64,000 bases of DNA from assembly GCA_002269645.1 (NCBI GenBank), contig NIVC01000199.1, positions 124,001-188,000 of the forward strand, in the 5' to 3' direction. Both the position numbers and the translations under genes were made by a program. This stretch comes from Macrostomum lignano. Taxonomy: Eukaryota. Of the stretch, positions 1-26,843 are shown one piece after another; position 1 is the stretch's first letter; the number at the start of each line of letters is the position of its first letter. The notes beneath the pieces were generated by a model. That model did not search any database. It was not told the DNA's origin and saw only the letters and a program-made list of their open reading frames with translations.

Positions 1-261
1 ATTTCAATTGAAGGCGCGGCTGCGGGGCTAATAAGCGGAAGGCGGAATCATTAAATTTAATATCTCTTATTGAGCACTGGAAACTCTGGGTGCTGCGGCA
101 ATTGCGAAGGCTATTAAAAACGGTTGGACACAAGTCTACATGTATATATTTTAAAGAGCCGGCAGCTATTGGTAATTATATTCGCTAAATTTAAATCACT
201 TCATGATATTTTGCTTTCAGACCGATGTCGCTAAAAATGACGTTTGAAATTAGAAACGGTT

Positions 262-430
262 TTCGTTCTGTGAGGGCGGTCTTGCAGTCCGAGGCCATGA
301 CCTGACCGTCAGAGGGCGGCGTTGCTTCCAGGCTGTGGTCGAGACCGTTCTGCTCTAGGACACCGGAGAATTTGGACGCTGACGGACTTGCTGGAGCAGC
401 GAGCTGATGCCATCTTCAGAAGCAGTGACG
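262..430 (+). mobile_element. Degraded RTE-like non-LTR retrotransposon fragment
   Basis: Broken frames give FQAVVETVLL* and WTLTDLLEQRADA, resembling FRAAIEPILLYGMEAVPLTETRERALDA in the fragment at 29563-30393. Confidence 0.45.
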
Positions 431-1182
431 AATGAGCTACCATCTCGATAGGCAACCTGTTACTCCGTCGGCGACTCCAGGTGCCAGGCCAACATCATCC
501 GCGTCGAATCGTGCTGCCCACAGCCACAGTGAAGATGCTTTTATTGAACTTACAGTTGCCATTCGTCTGTCTTGTTATGCTGCAGAGGTTACATTTAAGG
601 ACCAGTGGAATTTCAGAAAATCCTGTCTCTAGAACATGCATGCGTGCGTGCCTTTGCAAGTTTACAGATTTTATGCTTAAAAGTACTTTTTTTAATCGCA
701 GTTGCTAAAAATATCAAAAAACTTTGACTCTACCTCCAAACAAAAACATTGTCCCTTCTTGAACGTAATTCAGAGGAAAAATAATTGAAGTTGAGCCTCC
801 AGTGGATTTTGTCATTTTTTTGACATACTAATCATTCCAGCACATTAGGTGCAGTGGTGTTTGGCCCACATTATCGTACACAAAATGTAATAACTGATGT
901 ATTATGTCTATGGTACACATGAAGAGAGCGAAATAATGACATTTTTATGAATAATGAATAGAGTTGACCGTCTCTGGCAGAGGCAGCATTTTTGTGGGTA
1001 AATTTTTTGCCCACTGCAACAATTCTACTTTCAAATAGATTGGAAGTTTATTTTTGATTGATTCGTCTTATTGCAAAGATGAAATGAAATTGCAAGAGTA
1101 TTGCTATAATTATTTTAGTGAAGCAAAAATTTAAGCTAACCAGCGACACTGAAGCGTAAAAAATCAACCACGAGTTCATCTG

Positions 1183-11143
<9,961 letters not shown>

Positions 11144-11539
11144 AACAGGACAGCATTACATGTAAGTATAGATGTACGTGTAGCAACTTTACTTAAAAAC
11201 AACTATGGAGCTGATAGTACTACCGTACTATTTTTTATATTTTGTAAGCCAACGGTAGAATCAGCAAAGCGTTTAGCATTTACTTTACCGCTCGCATTTG
11301 TACTCAATATTTGTGTTTAAAAAGTTAGATAAATAAATCTTTTTAATTTCGTCTCGAAGATAAAGTGCAAAGAGAGATATTTTTGTCAACCAGATAAAAA
11401 AAATTGTAACATTTTTCTAAATTCATTTTTTCTGTTAAGCAATGTCCTTAATGCTTGTTTCAGTCTCGTGTGTATATAGGAACCACAGGCATGCAAAAGT
11501 GCGCCATCAGCCAGTTGATGAACTCTTAGTGGTCATTCA

Positions 11540-11750
11540 GAACCGCGCCTGTCGCAACTAACTGCTTAGCATTCTGTGGGGCACGCTGCTTGAGATGGGT
11601 TCATGTCTGGAGACTTTGACAGCCTGTTTAACGTGCATGCGTTGTGCGAAAAGCCACTCCACAGTTCCTTGATGTATCGCAATTTGAGCTGGACAGTTTG
11701 GCGGTGACAGCCTTTGCTCATTTCTGCATCACCAGGACGTAAAACTCGAA
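11540..11750 (-). mobile_element. Possible highly degraded Tc1 transposase remnant
   Basis: Minus strand reads SKSPDMNP preceded by EWL..; weak similarity to WPSRSPDMNP. Confidence 0.3.
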
Positions 11751-12689
11751 GATTGTGTAATTTTTAGGCCGATTTCCTGGAAAAAAATACACTGCGGAGA
11801 TAGGAAAAATTCATGTTTTTCCTGGAAAAATCAACGATTGCATTTGATCTGGGGTAGTGAAGATTTCCTTTCCTTTAATTTAGCATACACAGCTTGTTAC
11901 TCTGTTGAATTTTATATAGCTGTGTAATGAAATTTTCATATAGTTGTTTTCTTCTTATTTCATACGCTTAGAGCCAAAAAGTTGTAAATACTCGCAAGAA
12001 AAAAATCACACGATCTATGAGTTTTAACTACGTCCTGTTATATTTATTCGCTTCTTGCTCCTGCCGGACACGCCAATGCCAACTGAGGAAGTTTTCTGCA
12101 ACCAGCCCATGCAGTTGCCACAGAAAATGTGGTGTTGCTCACTTGGAAAGATGCTATCGGGCTGGACCCCAATCCCAAAGAGGGAAGTAACGCGGAAGGA
12201 AGATCTCCGGGAGTGTCTCGCTGATGTCCTGCGCTTTTAACTGGCTGCTTTAACTGGCTGGGTGTGTTAAACCTGCTGTGACAGCTTCGCTTCTCCATCA
12301 ACTGGAGCAAGGTGGTGGTGACGTGTATCAGGCTGCTCTAACCTAGATTCAAGGAGCCCGCGTCGTGACAAGTGTTCACGGCTCTGCCTTCCAGCAGCAC
12401 CTGCTACCTGGTGATCTACTTCGACACCACGGCTACCACTTATTATAAGCAGGCGCACCGCATTTCCCACTCTAATACTCGTAGGATGAGGAAAATGTGG
12501 CGGGACAAAGAGTATTTTATATAATGCAGCAGCTCTCATTGGCTCACCTGTTAGGTACGAGCGTGCGTAGAAAATTTTTTTATTTGCCAGTGTGTGTCCT
12601 TTCAGTCCGTTAAGGCACCAAACAATGCTCAAAACGAGTATCATTATCAGCTATCTGATAAAGCGGCGCGTTTGAAGGAAACCTTTAAG

Positions 12690-12800
12690 CCATTTCGTCG
12701 ACTGCCTGCTGGCTAACGCCGGCGCCTCGGATTCGGCTGGCGGCGTGGGATCATTCGCGACCTGGCCCTGAGGCGCGCCCTGTGACGTTGAACGCGTATT
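12690..12800 (+). mobile_element. RTE-like element 3'-end fragment
   Basis: FVDCLLANAGASDSAGGVG, similar to RYVNCLLCDAGAPDTVG at ~35300 (-). Confidence 0.45.
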
Positions 12801-13034
12801 CTGTTGTTTAAGCCCGGTTAACACTTACTGCTCCACGGGCCAAATACAAAGTATGACTCAAACCAATTTTAAATTGTCTAATCAAAATCGTACATTGGTT
12901 TAGGAAATAGTTAGAAATTGAAAACCACACACAGTTAATTTATGCTAACTATTAAACACTTAAGTTTTATTACTACATTCAAGTGTGTAAAAGAGCCGAG
13001 AATCCCGAAAATCGACTTTATTAACAAAAATTTT

Positions 13035-14840
13035 TCAGTGTAGCGGATGCTGCACTACGGGCTCTCGCATGTTGAATGACACGCTTTCAAAGAACGCCTC
13101 TGGGTCCTGCGACTGCTTGCGCATGCGGCGGCTCTCGGTGAGCATGAAGTCGAGGAACAGCTCCGATGTGGCAAAGTCATCGCCTCGCTGTCTGAGATGC
13201 AGCTCTGTGAACAGTCTCACTTGCAGGGCGGAGAATCCGAGCTGAGTGAGCAGTCTCACAACGGGCAGGTCGGCTCTCGCCTTGATGTCTCTGGCCTCGA
13301 CTCTGAACTCGACTCCAGGAGTGACTGCGAGAGCCTCGTCTGTGCGACTGCGGCGGACTGCAGTAGTGGCGGCGGACCCGTCGACAGTCGCAGCACCAGC
13401 TGATGCAGTTGATTCCGTCTGTACCAATGCAGTGTGACGCTGAGCAGAAGCACCGCAAGTCGGGTGCTGCACAGGAGGCGACAGTCGATGTACTGTCTGT
13501 ACAAAGTCGCTGCCTCGCTCCAACAACACGTGAGGACACCGAGGTGACCACCTGGCGTGCTCAACCCACACATCATCGTCGCAGCTCCACTCGCTCATGC
13601 AGAGTCCGCAGCTGAAGCAGCACGTCGCTCTCTCGGCTTCCGAGTAGAAGAAGCCCGCCTTTGCAAGCAAGTACACTGGCTGCTGAACGAGAGCCGAGTG
13701 CAGAGACTGCGACCTCGCTTGGTAGGTCTTGAACTGTGCGTATTTGGCAGTCACACTCGACGGATCACTCTCGAGACTGTGCTGCAGAGCGGACAGGTTC
13801 GTGAGCGCTCTCTCCGAGCACGCAGATCTCGCTGCCTCACTTGACACTGGAAGCTGAGGACGCTTCATCATATCGAAAGCGACAAGCTCGTCCTCCACAC
13901 CGCGTTCTGCATTCGTTCCAATAGTTGCGCGTGTCGCCAGCGCCTACTCATTCAGTCCAGCGAAATCCATCGGTGGTAGCTCAGCGACCAAATTCATGCT
14001 CCAATCTCCGTTCACCATCACTGCTGCATCATCTGCAGTCTGATCAGTGCACTGCACTGCCTCTACCAGCTTTGCTGACCTCGAGGCTCCTTCTGGCTCT
14101 CTATGCTCTCGAGGCACGTTGCCGACCTCGACGAACAGCACGAACGGACAGGTGGAGAAGTGGCGTCTGTGAGCCTCTCGGACCTGCTCGCCCGCCTCCC
14201 AGTCCTTGAGCACACCCTTGCAGAATGCACACTTTACTCTGTCCGACTCCTGCAGGTAGAAGAATCCGTCAGCAGCCAGATCCGTCACTGACACCAGGTG
14301 AGCCGCTGTGAAGCTGGCATCCGGCAGGTGGAAGGACTGCCACCTGTTCTCCTCTCGTCTCATGTCCCACAGGTGTTGTGGAATCGAGGCCGGCATTCCA
14401 CTCGTGTCCCATCGCTGATTGCGGAAGTTCAGAGTCTGCGGCACGGAGGACGCTCTGCCACCAGGTGTGCTGTTGTTGTAGTACCGCAGCACCTTGCTTT
14501 TACCTGTCTGTTTTTTCTGCTGACTAATTTTTTGCTCAAGCTTTTGCCTAGTCGATCTTTGGATGAGCAGACGAAGTCTCGGAATTTCGACGAGGGCCAC
14601 TGATATGAGGCAATCCCCGAAGTCATTCGTCCAGCGAATTTCCTGAAAAATTAGCTGCAGCAGTTCCTTATGGCTCTTCTTTGAGACTATGATGAATCCA
14701 AGTATTTCATTAGCGAAGTCCAATCCCTTTTGAGAGATAAGTTCTGTTGGAACTGTTTTGGATCGCAGCGATAAAATGTGTCGTTCTGCGGCTCGTATTT
14801 CAAATAGGTTGTTTTTTGAACGGTTCGTTTTACTTTCCAT
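13035..14840 (-). pseudogene. IAP paralog A: BIR1, in-frame TAG, BIR2, UBA-like; RING missing
   Basis: ORFs 13944-14840 and 13035-13898 are in the same frame, separated by TAG at 13944-13946 (TGG/Trp in B and C). BIR signatures CAFC..HRRHFSTC and CFSC..HARWSPRC. Homology to B and C stops at ~13083 (after FFES). Confidence 0.85.
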
Positions 14841-16869
14841 TATTTTTGTCGCTCGGTCAAGACAGGTTTCTTTTTGTGCAGAGAAAGTGTTATCTAAACT
14901 TCGAAACTTTTAGTTCGAAGCATCGAAACTTCGATTGACTGATGGTTGGAAATCTACAATGAAATGTTTTAGTGCTTTTGCAAAGGACTAAGCAATTAGA
15001 GTGATATATAATTGATACGTTTATGCATACTTAGTTATTTTGAGGTTTATTTTGCTAGATGCTTTCCTGATATTTTGAACACGTTCACGACAGTACGTGT
15101 ACATGCAATTAAAAAATTTGTTTTTGGCAAAAGCAAAGCACAAAAAGGTTATAGCCGCAGAACGTCTCGGTTCTTACCTGTATATAGTGTGCTCAAGACA
15201 GCTGTTGTTGTTTCTTGATAGTTCAAATTTTTTAAAACATATTTTTTCGATGGATGAGGTGAGGTGCAGTATAGGCAATAGGCAATTTAGACTAGTGGAT
15301 AAAATATAAGATGAACGCTTATTATATATATTTTAGTTAGTTGACTTGGGGTGTGAGTGAATCTTCTTGTACGAGAACGGCTTTTATGAACAGGCTCAGT
15401 ACAGAAGCAACCACCCCATCTACATTAACTGCGCTGTAAAACCAGTGTTCAGTGGTCCTTTTTTGCGCATGAAAAGCTATGCAATAAACTGTACTCGCGT
15501 TGGAATGGCCGCGGTTTGTTCGTGGATTTTTCGCGGATTATTTTGGGATTTCCCAATGTTTACTTCACTGGCTGCAGTGCTAGAGCGTTAATCTCTATGC
15601 TAACCACGTGAAAAAATAATTTTCCCATTCGACTATATATATGTGGTGTAGCTGAAGATGGCTTCTCCATGGCATTGCCACGGTTCAACCATAGCCAGTT
15701 CGTGCTATAAAAAGGATTTCTCCGGTAAGTTCTATCTGCAGGATTACTGTAAATTATACTCTCGTTTGGGGTACTAATCTGCTTAAGGGTGCAATTCACG
15801 CTACTGAGAAATTAAGGACCTCCACACCAGTTGCTCTGAGAACACTAGCTACGTGTTAGATAGGACGCATTCCCACTTGCTTGTCATGCATTAGGAAAAT
15901 GATTATCTCTGATAAAGAAGTACATAAAAATTATATAAACTAATCTGTAATATTATTCTCATTGAGAAAAAACTCATATTGAAATATTGCATATATTACA
16001 TTCACATTAAAACTCGAACGCTTTCTTACAATTTTGCTTTACACACCTTATATCGAGGATATATTGCCGTTGCTAAATTGCTCATTTGTCCATTGTTTTG
16101 ATCGCCCTAAAAAGAAATTCAGAAGTCGTTACAGTTAGAGACCAGTCTCATTGCCTGCTGATTTCTAGAAGATTTCTTTGGTTTGTTTTGTTTCAGCTAG
16201 CCAAGAATTAGAGAGAAAATTCTGCGGCAATTCCACGTTATTGCCGGGAGTTGAAAATAGCACTGACGGTATTAGTCTTGAAAACAGCTGATAAAATTAA
16301 AGTACTGGCAGCGGTGTTCTGCATGGACTAAATATAGACACACAAGCAAGTGTGTACACACCACTGTTGATGACGAAAAATGTGTTTGACTGGTTGAAAA
16401 AGATGGCAAAATCCATCTTATAGATTAGATTAGATCCCTTTAAGGTCACATCCCAGATGTATGATATATTTAAAATTACAGTTGTAACTGTTATATTAGA
16501 AAAAACGTGAGACTATTGAACTTGGTATTAAAAAAGAAAACGCTTGCCGACCATATCTTAGCTTTCAATGAAAAACTAAGGATAAGATCTCTCTAAAAGC
16601 TTTAATAATAGAGTTTTAAGCCAAAATCGACCCTTCTATAGGCCACTAAAATCAGTCAGTCAAACTTTAGTACTAAAAGTACCCAATCTTATTCGCATAA
16701 AACGAAAACTATCCTTTGCAGAAATTTCGACTGCTGACCGAACAAAGAAGAAGCATCTACATGTCAACAGAAGTACAAAACCCAAAAAATTCAAACGTAA
16801 TTCAAAAAGGTACGTCAAAAACAAAAGAATGCATAAAAACGGCATGTTCAAAAATTAATTGCTATGTGA

Positions 16870-18819
16870 ATGAAATCAGCAACATTTTCAAACTTACCGT
16901 CCATCTTGTTAAAGAATTCGAGAGTGTTCTCAAAAAAAAGAGCATATTATCTCTCAAAAAACATTTCAAATATTTTCTATGAAATTACACATTCTGCACT
17001 AAATGCCACAGATAATATAGACCATATAATAAAATGCATCGAAGAAGAACAACTGATTGCAGACGAAAAGATCCGAAGTCTTTTGTCCGTAGTTTTCTCT
17101 GAAATGCAAAAACAGCGACTACTTGTCATGAAGTCTTCAAACCAAATATCTGACCAACGAATAGTCGAGCACAAAATACAGACAGGTAAAAGCAAGGTAC
17201 TGCGGTACTACAACAACAGCACACCTGGTGGCAGAGCGTCATCAGTGCCGCAGACTCTGGACTTCCGCAATCAGCGATGGGACACGAGTGGAATGCCCGC
17301 CTCGATTCCACAACACCTGTGGGACATGAGACGAGAGGAGAACAGGTGGCAGTCCTTCCACCTGCCGGATGCCAGCTTCACAGCGGCTCACCTGGTGTCC
17401 GTGACGGATCTGGCTGCTGACGGATTCTTCTACCTGCAGGAGTCGGACAGAGTAAAGTGTGCATTCTGCAAGGGTGTGCTCAAGGACTGGGAGGCGGGCG
17501 AGCAGGTCCGAGAGGCTCACAGACGCCACTTCTCCACCTGTCCGTTCGTGCTGTTCGTCGAGGTCGGCAACGTGCCTCGAGAACACAGAGAGCCAGAAAG
17601 AGTCTTGAGTTCAGCAAAGATAATAGAGGCAGTGCAATGCTGTGATCAGACTGCAGATGATGCAGCAGTGATGGTGAACGGAGACTGGAGCATGAAGCTG
17701 GTCGCTGAGCTACCACCGATGGAGTTCGCTGGACTGAACGAGTGGGCGCTGGCGACATGCGGAATTCGTGCACCGAATGCAGGACGTGTTGTGGACGACG
17801 AGCTGGTCGCTTTCGACATGATGAAGCGTCCTCAGCTTCCAGTGTCGAGCGACGTAGCGAGATCTGCGTGCTCGGAGAGAGCGCTCACGAACCTGTCCGC
17901 TCTGCAGCACAGTCTCGAGAGTGATCCGTCGAGTGTGACTGCCAAATACGCACAGTTCAAGACCTACCAAGCGAGGTCGCAGTCTCTGCACTCGGCTCTC
18001 GTTCAGCAGCCAGTGTACTTGCTTGCAAAGGCGGGCTTCTTCTACTCGGAAGCCGAGAGAGCGACGTGCTGCTTCAGCTGCGGACTCTGCATGAGCGAGT
18101 GGAGCTGCGACGATGATGTGTGGGTTGAGCACGCCAGGTGGTCACCTCGGTGTCCTCACGTGTTGTTGGAGCGAGGCAGCGACTTTGTACAGACAGTACA
18201 TCGACTGTCGCCTCCTGTGCAGCACCCGACTTGCGGTGCTTCTGCTCAGCGTCACACTGCATTGGTACAGACGGAATCAACTGCATCAGCTGGTGCTGCG
18301 ACTGTCGACGGGTCCGCCGCCACTACTGCAGTCCGCAGCAGTCGCGCAGACGAGGCTCTCGCAGTCACACCTGGAGTCGAGTTCAGAGTCGAGGCCAGAG
18401 ACATCAAGGCGAGAGCCGACCTGCCCGTTGTGAGACTGCTCACTCAGCTCGGATTCTCCGCTTTGCAAGTGAGACTGTTTACAGAGCTGCATCTCAGATA
18501 GCGAGGCGATGACTTTGCCACATCGGAGCTGTTTCTCGACTTCATGCTCACCGAGAGCCGCCGCATGCGCAAGCAGTCGCAGGACCCGGAGGCGTTCTTC
18601 GAGAGCAGGATGTCTCAGATTCGAGAGTCGCTGAACCAACAGCCGAGACCCCGAGACACAACCGACTGGAAGACGTGCAAGGTGTGCATGGACAAGGAGG
18701 TGAACATCATGCTGCTGGACTGTGGTCACGTGGCCTGCTGCTCAGTGTGCGCCAAGTCGCTGAAGACCTGCCCCATCTGCAGAGCCTTTATTCGAGGGGT
18801 GGTATTTGTGCAAATGTAA
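16870..18819 (+). pseudogene. IAP paralog B: BIR1-BIR2-UBA-like-RING with premature TAG
   Basis: 543-aa ORF ends at TAG 18499-18501 (CAG/Gln in A and C); the same frame continues to RING CKVCMD..CGH..CC..C..CPIC and TAA at 18819. Possible extra frameshift in the A-run near 16932. Confidence 0.85.
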
Positions 18820-20189
18820 ATTCCGTTTGGATTTTGGTCTTGCTCTTCATGTGTGGTTTATGTGGCGCCGGAAACTGCACCTTGTGCTTACAAGAAAGCA
18901 AGGTAAAGGACGGCGCTAAAGAGCCGGGTAATTGTCAGACTACTATACGAAATTTTACGAAGGTATTGGTCGATTTTTCGGTAAATTATTCTAAGATTCC
19001 GTGTCTAGAACGAGTATACATGACCACAGAGTATACGAGCGCGTACTCAATAATTATGCAAAGGACTTTCTACGCTTTTTTAAAACTGATTGAGTTTGCT
19101 CATAGGCACGCTATTAATGCTGACTCTCAGATATTTCTATATGATATCCATACCACATGAGTGCAGCGCATGGTCTACTCGTGAGAAAGGCAACAATAGC
19201 AAAAATCTGCATCGCTTTTGAGAGATTTTTGCGATAAAACGCCCCCCCCCGTTTTAAGAACATGGATCTCTGATCTTTGATTATGAATCCATTCAAACAA
19301 ACAAATATTCATTTTTCACTCGGTTAGCGCACAAATAGCTTGTAGCTGTACGATTTTGGGCACTTTTATATAACAAATGTTTTTTTTTGTCTCATTATTG
19401 GAACTTCACTTGTGTTTCAGTACTGGCAACGGCTTGTACAAATTATTGTTAAAATTCTTTGTCATTTGCTGTCGTCATAACTTATCATCTGCTAATTATA
19501 TTGTGCATGTACATTTTTGTGCAAGTCTTAAGGCTTTTAATATATGAAATCATCTAAACGCCTTTGTCCGTGTCTTGAAAAAAAATGTAATTAGGTTAAA
19601 ATGAAAAAAACAAGCACCTGTATGGTACAGCGAATCGATTTCAATAGCGCATCATCATTAATTTTATTTAGTTTTGATTTCTTCAAAAGATTACACGATA
19701 TTATGACAGAAATATTAACGAAGTATAGTGGCTCTGTTTGTAATTTTCATTGGGATGGAAGTTTTGTAAAGGTATTTTTAACTGTTCCAGCTGGCCCCTA
19801 TCTCACTATCCTTATCCTTGCCTCTCCAATCTCCTTTCCTTTCTCTCTAACTCTTTAATTCTGGTCTCCTTACACCCTTTTCTCCACCGTGATCTGCACC
19901 CTCTACCTCTCGTACTACCGATATGATGTTCTATCTAATTTGCCAACTAAATAAGCGTACATGTAGGCTAACAGTCCAAAGAAGTCTCGTAAAATCAAGA
20001 AGCCAGATCGGGAAGCTTCAGATGGTGCTGCGGCGCCAGTGAGCCAACAAAGTCCGGCCGTTCCGTTGAAGCCATCAGAGGCCATCACTTATACAATGCA
20101 GATGACTTCAGACTTGGTCCCGCCCGAATTGAAGTCCTGAAGAGACTGGGCGAAATCGCCGTTAGCCCCCGCACCCTTGAATCGGGGCA

Positions 20190-21125
20190 TCATGCAGAAT
20201 CGTTGCTGCCGCCAGTCTGACCGAAGATGCTCGATAAGGAGCGGACCAGTTGGCTCAGGATGTCACCTGCGCCGCAAAATGACATCTGAATCGCTGACGA
20301 GCTCCTGTTGGTGGCGGCTGCAGTCACCGACGGGCCGCTGATGTCGGTGACGCCTCCGCCTGCAAACTGATGGGCAACGTCAGCGGCACTCGCCGTCGAG
20401 TAGCACCGTCGGTGGCTTCGGCCGTTGCCAGCTGCCGACGACATCGCAGAGCCGCTGGCGAAGTCTTCCAGCCGCTCCCGGTTGGTGTTGTGGGCATCGG
20501 CACCGATGGCTGCTTGGATGCCGCCGCTGTCGCTGACATTGCTCTGACTGGCTGCAACCGGCGACATCGCTAGAGAACAGGGAAGGGTTGAGCTGATGCT
20601 GGAGGCACCAATTTACAAATTGTAATGTTCAAATGTTTCCTTGCTTGGATTCGCTTCACATTTCATCAATCATGTTAGATCGTTGAGCACTCAAATTTCT
20701 AGCTATACATGTATTGTGGGATGTCTTTTTATGCCTTCAAATTTTATTCAAAACGCGATGGTTCAGTGTCTTGAAATCATGTCACGGTTGGTGGTTTGAT
20801 GAGCGTGATTTTTGTCTGGATTGATGGATGGTATTTTAGACTTGACAGGGGGGTCATTTTTAAGTTGATTAGTGACATTTTGGAGCTCACTACCTTCCGG
20901 CTGTCCATAGCGCCCGCCTCTGTCAGGTGAAGCTGACCCGGTTTCAAAGCTGACTGCCATGGATGACGCGGATCCTGCAGTCGATTGTTGATGCAGCGAC
21001 ATAGCAGCCCAACTCAGACTTTGTAGTCCATGAGCATCTGCATCTGTAGGAAGCGACAGGTCGTCTTCTGCTGACAGACCACTGAATTCCGAGGCCAGGT
21101 CCGGCTCGCTCGTTGTGTTTGGCAT
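20190..21125 (-). CDS. Orphan gene X1 (2 exons, 204 aa, Ser/Ala-rich), paralog of X2
   Basis: Exons 21125-20891 and 20569-20190; phase-1 intron GTGAGC...TCTCTAG. Shares MPxTTxxPDLxSEFSGL, SSMAVSFE, RRCxST and NRSxSxxQxxFCGA with X2. Confidence 0.65.
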
Positions 21126-21635
21126 TTCCGCAGACTCGCATTTGCACACAATTCTGTTTGCTTGTAGCTATAAATTTTTCGACTCGGAACAACCTACAGT
21201 TAGGAAAGACCTACAACCAAAGAATTTCCACGGCCGTTCCATGGCAAATCCACGCCATGCCAGAAAATTTCAGTAGCAAGTGTGCTACAGTGAAATGCAT
21301 GGGCTGCTTCAGTATAAATGTACATCAAATGCACATTTCAAATCTAGGTTATTTTTTGTGTAGGACAGAAAAACCTCGTTTTGCTACTCGAAACATGTAG
21401 CTTGTAATGAAATATGCGTTTATATTTGTATTGTCGCTATTTTTAATAATTTATACTAATGTTATGTATTCTAGTAATGTATTGTACCAACTATTTACTT
21501 GCTGTAATTGTTATTGTATTATTTTTTATGAATAGTATTTGACTTACTTGACTTAGCTGCAGGGGGCTCCGTGCGTCCGGAAGCAGCGAGGAGGCGTTGC
21601 CGCCCATTTCGCTAACCCCTGGCGACCACGGGCAG

Positions 21636-25330
<3,695 letters not shown>

Positions 25331-25482
25331 CCACTCCGGGAATTCCACGAGTGGTCCGCGCAGCTTCCTGCCGGCTCAAGGCGAGTTGTGCAGGAGAGCT
25401 GCCTCTTCTGCCTCGCCGATAGCTCCAGGCTCCAGCTCCATGGGCTCCTCCCGGATGGATTCCATGGTCGAGGGCGAGGTCG

Positions 25483-26843
25483 CTACCTGGGCGGCATTCT
25501 CGCTCTCGGCCCGGTTTTCCGGGGGGCCGCAGTGGTGACACTGGGCTGGGGGTGGCTGCGGTTGGGGGCCTTGGCGGTGTCCAGCAGCTGCTTCGCGCGC
25601 TGAGTCAGACCAGAGCGGATAGTGTTCCGGGCGGGTTTCCGGCCCTTTCCACGTCCGCCTGTTGCTGCAGCTTTCGCGGCTTTCCCTCTGACAGGGTCCA
25701 CGTCCTCGGAGGGGTCGTGACGACCGGGAGCTTCTTTTCCTGGGCGTTTCCGCCCGGCAGAGCCCCCGACTGCCCGCTTACGCTTCTCCGGGGGCGGTGG
25801 GCGGGTGGCGTCAGACTCAAAGCTAAAGAGCTGAATCTGCAACAGCCCGACAGAGATGATGGACATGTCCGGGTAGCGGAGCATCCAGCTATCCGACAGT
25901 CCAAGAATAGCCGTGAAACCGTCTCCGCCCGGCTTGGAGATGGTCTCGTGAACTACGACACCGTTGGCCGGTAGCTCCGGGTTGGAAGCTACTAGCAGGT
26001 GACGCAGCTCGTCGGCCTTGGTGATGCAGTTGCGAGCCGGGATCCAGGCACGGTGCCGGTGTGTCCGGGGTCGCTCGTCCTCCCTGTAGATGAACAGGTT
26101 CTCCAGCTCCGTACCCCAGTCGAAAGTTTTCAGCAGCTCGAGGAGCTGCTGTCCTGACTGGCTGTCGGTGGGCTGGATATGGAGGGCTTGGTCCTCGACT
26201 TTCGTCTTTTGGACTCGAATAGTAGTGCCGCTCAAGGCCATCTTGACCAGGTGGGAGTCCAACCTGCGCCAGATAAGGTCGAGCTGTTCGGCCGTAAGAG
26301 GCGTCTCCTGGCCTTGGATAACCAGGGCCGGCTGCCTTTTGGCCATAGCCGCGTAGGTTCGCTTCGGCTTTGTGGTTTGGCCAGCGCCCCCCGCTTTGGA
26401 TCCCTCACGGCCGTGGGAGCTTCCACACGGGCAGAGGTCCGGTCACGGGAGGGGCCAGCCGCACCAGGAGCTTCGGCGGCACCTGACGCATCAGACCGGC
26501 GCGCGGGGTCCACCCCCTTGTCGGATGTCGGCTCCTCCGCGGGGTTCGCAGAGTTACCGGCACCCTCCTCAGAGGTGGCCGGAGGGGCGGCTTTCGCATT
26601 CCTCCGTTCCTCCGCTTTGCGCTGGAGAAAGGCTTTGTAGCGAGCAATGCTACGGGCCTTCTTTTTCGAAATCTGAGGTCCGCTGTCTTGTCCAGCCACT
26701 CCGGTATTATCCTGAGCGGCGGCAGCGGCAGATTGAGAGGCACCGGGGGTTCCGGTGTTGCGAATGTCCGGCTGGGCCGCGGTGCCAACCTCGGTTGGTG
26801 CTCCAGCAGCCTCGGACGTGTCGGAGGTAAAAGAATACTCCAT
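25483..26843 (-). pseudogene. LINE ORF1 (split by one frameshift near 26360)
   Basis: ORF 26232-26843 joins ORF 25483-26346 through a TYAAMAK segment; located upstream of ORF2 inside the TSD-bounded element. Confidence 0.75.

Noticed and set aside
12044-12644. Short ORFs with a faint DIRS-RT-like FSINWSK motif
   Set aside because: Too little signal and multiple stops.
19975-20140. Plus-strand exon-like frame PKKSRKIKKPDREASDG...ELKS*
   Set aside because: No upstream exon could be linked; IAP-B already ends at 18819.
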